Source: Alphaproteobacteria bacterium
GTDB lineage: Bacteria > Pseudomonadota > Alphaproteobacteria > Bin95
Assembly (NCBI GenBank): GCA_963665325.3
Contig: OZ224045.1
Location: forward strand, 1,152,001 to 1,216,000
Direction of reading: 5' to 3'
DNA: 64,000 nt
Part shown: piece by piece, positions 60,527 through 64,000 of the stretch
Layout of the letters: every line of letters starts with the position of its first letter
How positions within the stretch are numbered: the first letter of the stretch is position 1
The notes under the pieces: generated by a model
The model's input: only the letters and a program-made list of their open reading frames with translations
Told to the model about the DNA's origin: nothing
The model's database searches: none
Translations under genes and position numbers: made by a program

Positions 60527-60561
60527 GAAAGCCCCGCCGCCCAGCGGGGCTTTCGCCTTTT
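60527..60561 (+). terminator. probable intrinsic terminator
   Basis: GAAAGCCCCGC-CGCCCA-GCGGGGCTTTC followed by GCCTTTT. Confidence 0.75.
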
Positions 60562-60639
60562 ATGTCCCAAAATTCAGTAACCAAATGAGAGGGCAGAAAA
60601 GTTGCGCTAGGCCAGCAGTGCCGAAGGGGGTTAAGCCCT

Positions 60640-60900
60640 GTGGACGAGGCCGGCGAAGTCCTACCGCCCTTCCACCGGGAGCCGGATCGGCGGCTCATGC
60701 TGCGCGCGATGCTGGATGCAATCTCTTTCCACCTCTGCGGCGTTACCGGCCGCAACGACATCCGCTGCATCTACTCGACCTTCCACTTCGTCGAGCGTGG
60801 AGAAGCAGGTGCGGGGCCACTGCCGCTCCTGCGACCTCTGCCTCGCCCGGACGAGCGCGCTCGAGGCGGGCCAGCCCAACGCGGTGAACCCAGGCGTTTC
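60640..60900 (+). pseudogene. C-terminal remnant of a large Eco57I-like restriction-modification enzyme
   Basis: PPF..EPDRRLMLRAMLDAISFHLCGVTGRNDIRCIYSTF, then in a shifted frame GHCRSCDLCL...ALEAGQP. Confidence 0.5.
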
Positions 60901-60936
60901 GCAGCGGTGTTACATTGGCTACCGTGGAGGGGACGC

Positions 60937-62107
60937 ATGCTGACCCTCACCGAAGAAGTCCTGCTGCTGCTGGGCGATGAGGAAGGAACATTCCTACCGG
61001 TCGACAAGCACGCCTTCGACTGCGCTCTGGCGGGGGCGGTGTTGCTGGACCTGGCGTTTGCCTACCGGATCGATACCGACCCGCAGGTGCTCACGGTGAT
61101 CGATCCCGCGCCGACCGGAATGCCCATGCTCGACCGCATCCTGGCCAAGCTCGCGTCGCGCGCGGACGCGGTGGATGCCGCGAGTTGGATCGGGGAGTTA
61201 TCCACGGACGATGCCGAGACCGTTCGCGAGCAGGCGTTGGCCAGCCTGGTCGAGCGCGAAATCCTGGAGAGAAAGGAAGAACCTTTCCTGTGGGTTTTCC
61301 GTCCCGTCCGCTATCCGATGATCGATGGGGAAGCGGTGCAGGAGATCAAGCTGCGGATCGACGACGTGCTGTCCGACCCCCGGGATGTCGCTCTGCTGAG
61401 CCTGGTGGACGCCTGCCAGATCCTCCCCGACCTCTTCCCCGACCGGAAGCTCAACGAGGTGACTCCCCGGATCGGGCTGCTGCGCAAGATGGACCTGATC
61501 GGACGCGAAGTCGCCGGAATGATCGCCAATATCCAGCGCACGATCATTCTCGCGGCCCGGGCGGAGGCGGCCCGGTTCAAGAAGTTGCGGCTGATCCTTG
61601 CCGCCGTCGGCGATGCCGCGGCTGCCGTCACGCTTTTCGCGCCTCGGGTTCCGGTCCCGGACAGTTACGGTCCGAACTTGCTCGAGCATCTTTGGTTCGA
61701 CGGCATCTGGCGGCAATGGAGCGGATACCTGATTCTCGGCCTCGCTATCCTGGGGTTGGCCATTGCCATCGTTATCAAGAAGCGGCTGGTCACGCAGATC
61801 GCTCGCTCCCATCGATGGAGGCTCTCCCATTTCGTCCTCGGTGCGGGCTGCGTGCTCGTCCTGTTCGCCCATACCGGCTTTCGCCTGGGCTCCGACCTCA
61901 ACGCGGCGCTGATCGGTTTCTTCCTCGCGGTGCTGCTGACCGGCGCGCTCGCCGAAATTTGCACCGGCACCCCATCCCGGCTGCGGGCGATTGGGATCGC
62001 CAAAGCCCGCCAGGCTGCGCCAGCATCTGATGCGGCTCCATATCATGGCCATATGTCCTCTGCCGGCGCTACTGATCGTCCATATCCTCACGGCCTACCG
62101 GTACTGA
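60937..62107 (+). pseudogene. GPP34/GOLPH3-domain protein fused to a His-containing multi-TM domain; frameshift near 62010
   Basis: MLTLTEEVLLL, ALAGAVLLDL...RID; TM part with WRLSH and AHTGFRLG; the last helix (RLHIMAICPLPALLIVHILTAYRY*) is in another frame. Confidence 0.72.
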
Positions 62108-62119
62108 CGGGATCGGCGG

Positions 62120-63604
62120 GTGTCTCGGAGAGCTATTTCTTGGCTTGTGTCGGGGACGCTGCTGGCTTCCGCCTTCGTTGTGGCGTCGATGTTCGTGAGC
62201 GGGGACCGGCGGATACCGCCCGCCGGCGCGATGACCGATGCCCACCATCAGCTGGAGATGTCCTGTGAGACCTGTCACGGCACAACAGCCTTCGCCGATA
62301 CGGCAGCAGCGGTGAAGGCGCTGAACAGGTCCTGTCTGGCCAGTCACGAGGACGAACTGAAGGCTGCCGACGACAGCCATCCGCGCAAGACCTTCCGCAA
62401 CCCGAGAATGGCCGCTTACTGGGAAAAGCTCGACGCGCGCCTTTGCACTACCTGTCACGTCGAGCACCGCCCGGAGATCACCAAGGTGGGCGCGGTCACG
62501 GTCGCGATGGATTTCTGCATGGCATGCCACGCCGAGGGCGAACAGGACGTGCGGACCCGGCAGCCGAGTCACGCCGGCCTGACCTTCGACAGCTGTGCAT
62601 TGAGCGGCTGCCACAACTACCACGACAACCGCGCGCTCTATGAGGATTTCTTGGTCAAGCACTCCCATAAGGCCTGGCTCGCGCTTACTCCGATGCACGC
62701 GCTCGCCGCGCGGGCCCGCACGGCGAGCGTGGAGTCCGCGGCAACGCCGCTCGAACCGGGCGACGCCGTGGCGCCCGCCTCTGCACTCGCCGGTCCCGCC
62801 GTCCTCGAAGACTGGGCGGGCTCCGGCCATGCAGCGGCCGGGATCAACTGCGGCGCCTGCCATGCGCCCGCTGCCAGGGACGCGTCACTGGAGGCGATCG
62901 AAGCCGACTGGGTGGACGCGCCGGAAATGTCAGTCTGCTAAGACTGCCATAGAATATAGGCAAGGACCTTCGTCAGGGGCCGGCACGGCATGCGCCAGCA
63001 TCCTCGGATCGCAAAGCCGCGCGATCCGCACCATGCCATAAAGGGGTTGGGGCTCGATGGAGTGCTCCCGGAGACCGTCATGGTGTGGCTCGAAGACCCG
63101 GCCGTGCCCGAACGCATGACCGCCGGGGAGGCGCGGTTGCCCATGCGTGACGCCGCCGCCGACCAGGATCTCGATTGCGGCACCTGCCACATGCCTCATG
63201 CAGTCGATGTCATGCGTGCAGCGGTCGAAGCCTGCACGTCCTGCCATGACGACGAGCACAGCCGCGCCTTTTTCGACAGCCCTCACCACGCGCTCTGGCT
63301 GGCCGAACGCGACGGCCTAGCGGAGCCGGGTACCGGTGTCAGCTGCGCCACCTGCCACATGAGCAAGATCGAGCGCCGCGGAAAGATCGCGACCGACTAC
63401 AACCAGAACGACAATCTGCGACCGAACGAGAAGATGATCCGGACCGTGTGCCTCGATTGCCACGGCCTCGCCTTCTCTCTAGACGCGTTGGCAGACGCTG
63501 ACCTGATCGACCGCAATTTCTCCGGCAGGCCCATGGTCCATGTCGAAAGCATCGAATGGGCGGTGCGCCGGGCGGAGGAGCAAAAGCAGAAGGGCGGCAA
63601 TTGA
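62120..63604 (+). pseudogene. multiheme cytochrome c (~11 heme motifs) with two in-frame stops
   Basis: CETCH, CLASH (degenerate), CTTCH, CMACH, CALSGCH, CGACH, C*DCH, CGTCH, CTSCH, CATCH, CLDCH all in one frame; TAA at 62939-62941 and TAG at 62957-62959. Confidence 0.85.
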
Positions 63605-63662
63605 CAGGCGCTTCCGTGCGCATTCGTCAATCCGAGCCCCGACCACAGGGAGGACCAGCAGA

Positions 63663-64000
63663 ATGAAACGAAAATCGCTCTGGATGGCCGGGCTTGCGCT
63701 TGGCCTTGGAACAGCGACGGCGGCCGCCGCGGCCGACGGGATCTCGTACCAGCGGGCGGCCGACATGCTTTACCGGGTGATGTCCGCGGACCGGGAAGTC
63801 TATACCCGCGTAGTGGTGCAACGCCTCACGGTAGACGAGAAGATCATAACCGCGTCGGAGCATTTCGGTGACGACGCAGCATTGCCTCTCCCGGTTCAGA
63901 TGTTCCGCTTCGGCGCCGAAAGGGTCATGGACGAGACCGGGGACTTCTCCTACTCGCTGCTCTCGCTGGATCCTATCAACAAGAAGAAGGGCCCGGGCAC
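63663..64000 (+). CDS. DUF3365 / Tll0287-like heme protein (runs off the window end)
   Basis: Signal peptide, ADREVYTRVVVQRL, ASEHF, LPLPVQMFRFGAE, YSLLSLDPIN. Confidence 0.8.
   Translation, partial: MKRKSLWMAGLALGLGTATAAAAADGISYQRAADMLYRVMSADREVYTRVVVQRLTVDEKIITASEHFGDDAALPLPVQMFRFGAERVMDETGDFSYSLLSLDPINKKKGPG

Noticed and set aside
62939-62959. Stop-codon recoding or readthrough in the multiheme cytochrome
   Set aside because: Two different stops (TAA and TAG) occur, both used as normal stops elsewhere in the window, and other decay lesions lie nearby; a pseudogene is simpler.

Overview
GC-rich alphaproteobacterial-type chromosomal window. The left half is mostly core genes: the ugpBAECQ glycerol-3-phosphate operon, tRNA-Ser, rplU-rpmA-obgE-proB-proA-nadD/rsfS-rlmH-ctpA-rppH, tesA/ybbAP, rpsT and dnaA. 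It also carries small insertions: a Fic gene behind an array of 11 alternating half-sites, and a lipoprotein gene flanked by a duplicated ybbP 3' end. tRNA-Thr(CGT) right after dnaA is the attachment site of a ~16.1 kb island bounded by a perfect 22-bp direct repeat (29510-29531 / 45656-45677). The island encodes a P4-like tyrosine integrase, AlpA, a large serine recombinase, a Replic_Relax protein and two VirD4/TrwB-like ATPases, but no mating-pair genes. It also has two divergent surface-lipoprotein genes that share a structured 161-nt leader and signal peptide. This island and its shared leader are the best candidate for an undescribed system. Further right are a Na/Pi cotransporter truncated by a tandem tyrosine-integrase pair, a sulfite dehydrogenase with its cytochrome c, and an IS1380 (CTAG TSD) inside a decayed D-amino-acid dehydrogenase. 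The window ends with an amino-acid ABC/TPP enzyme/enolase cluster and a decaying GPP34-fusion / multiheme cytochrome / DUF3365 locus. All family calls come from recognising motifs by eye; no database search was run.
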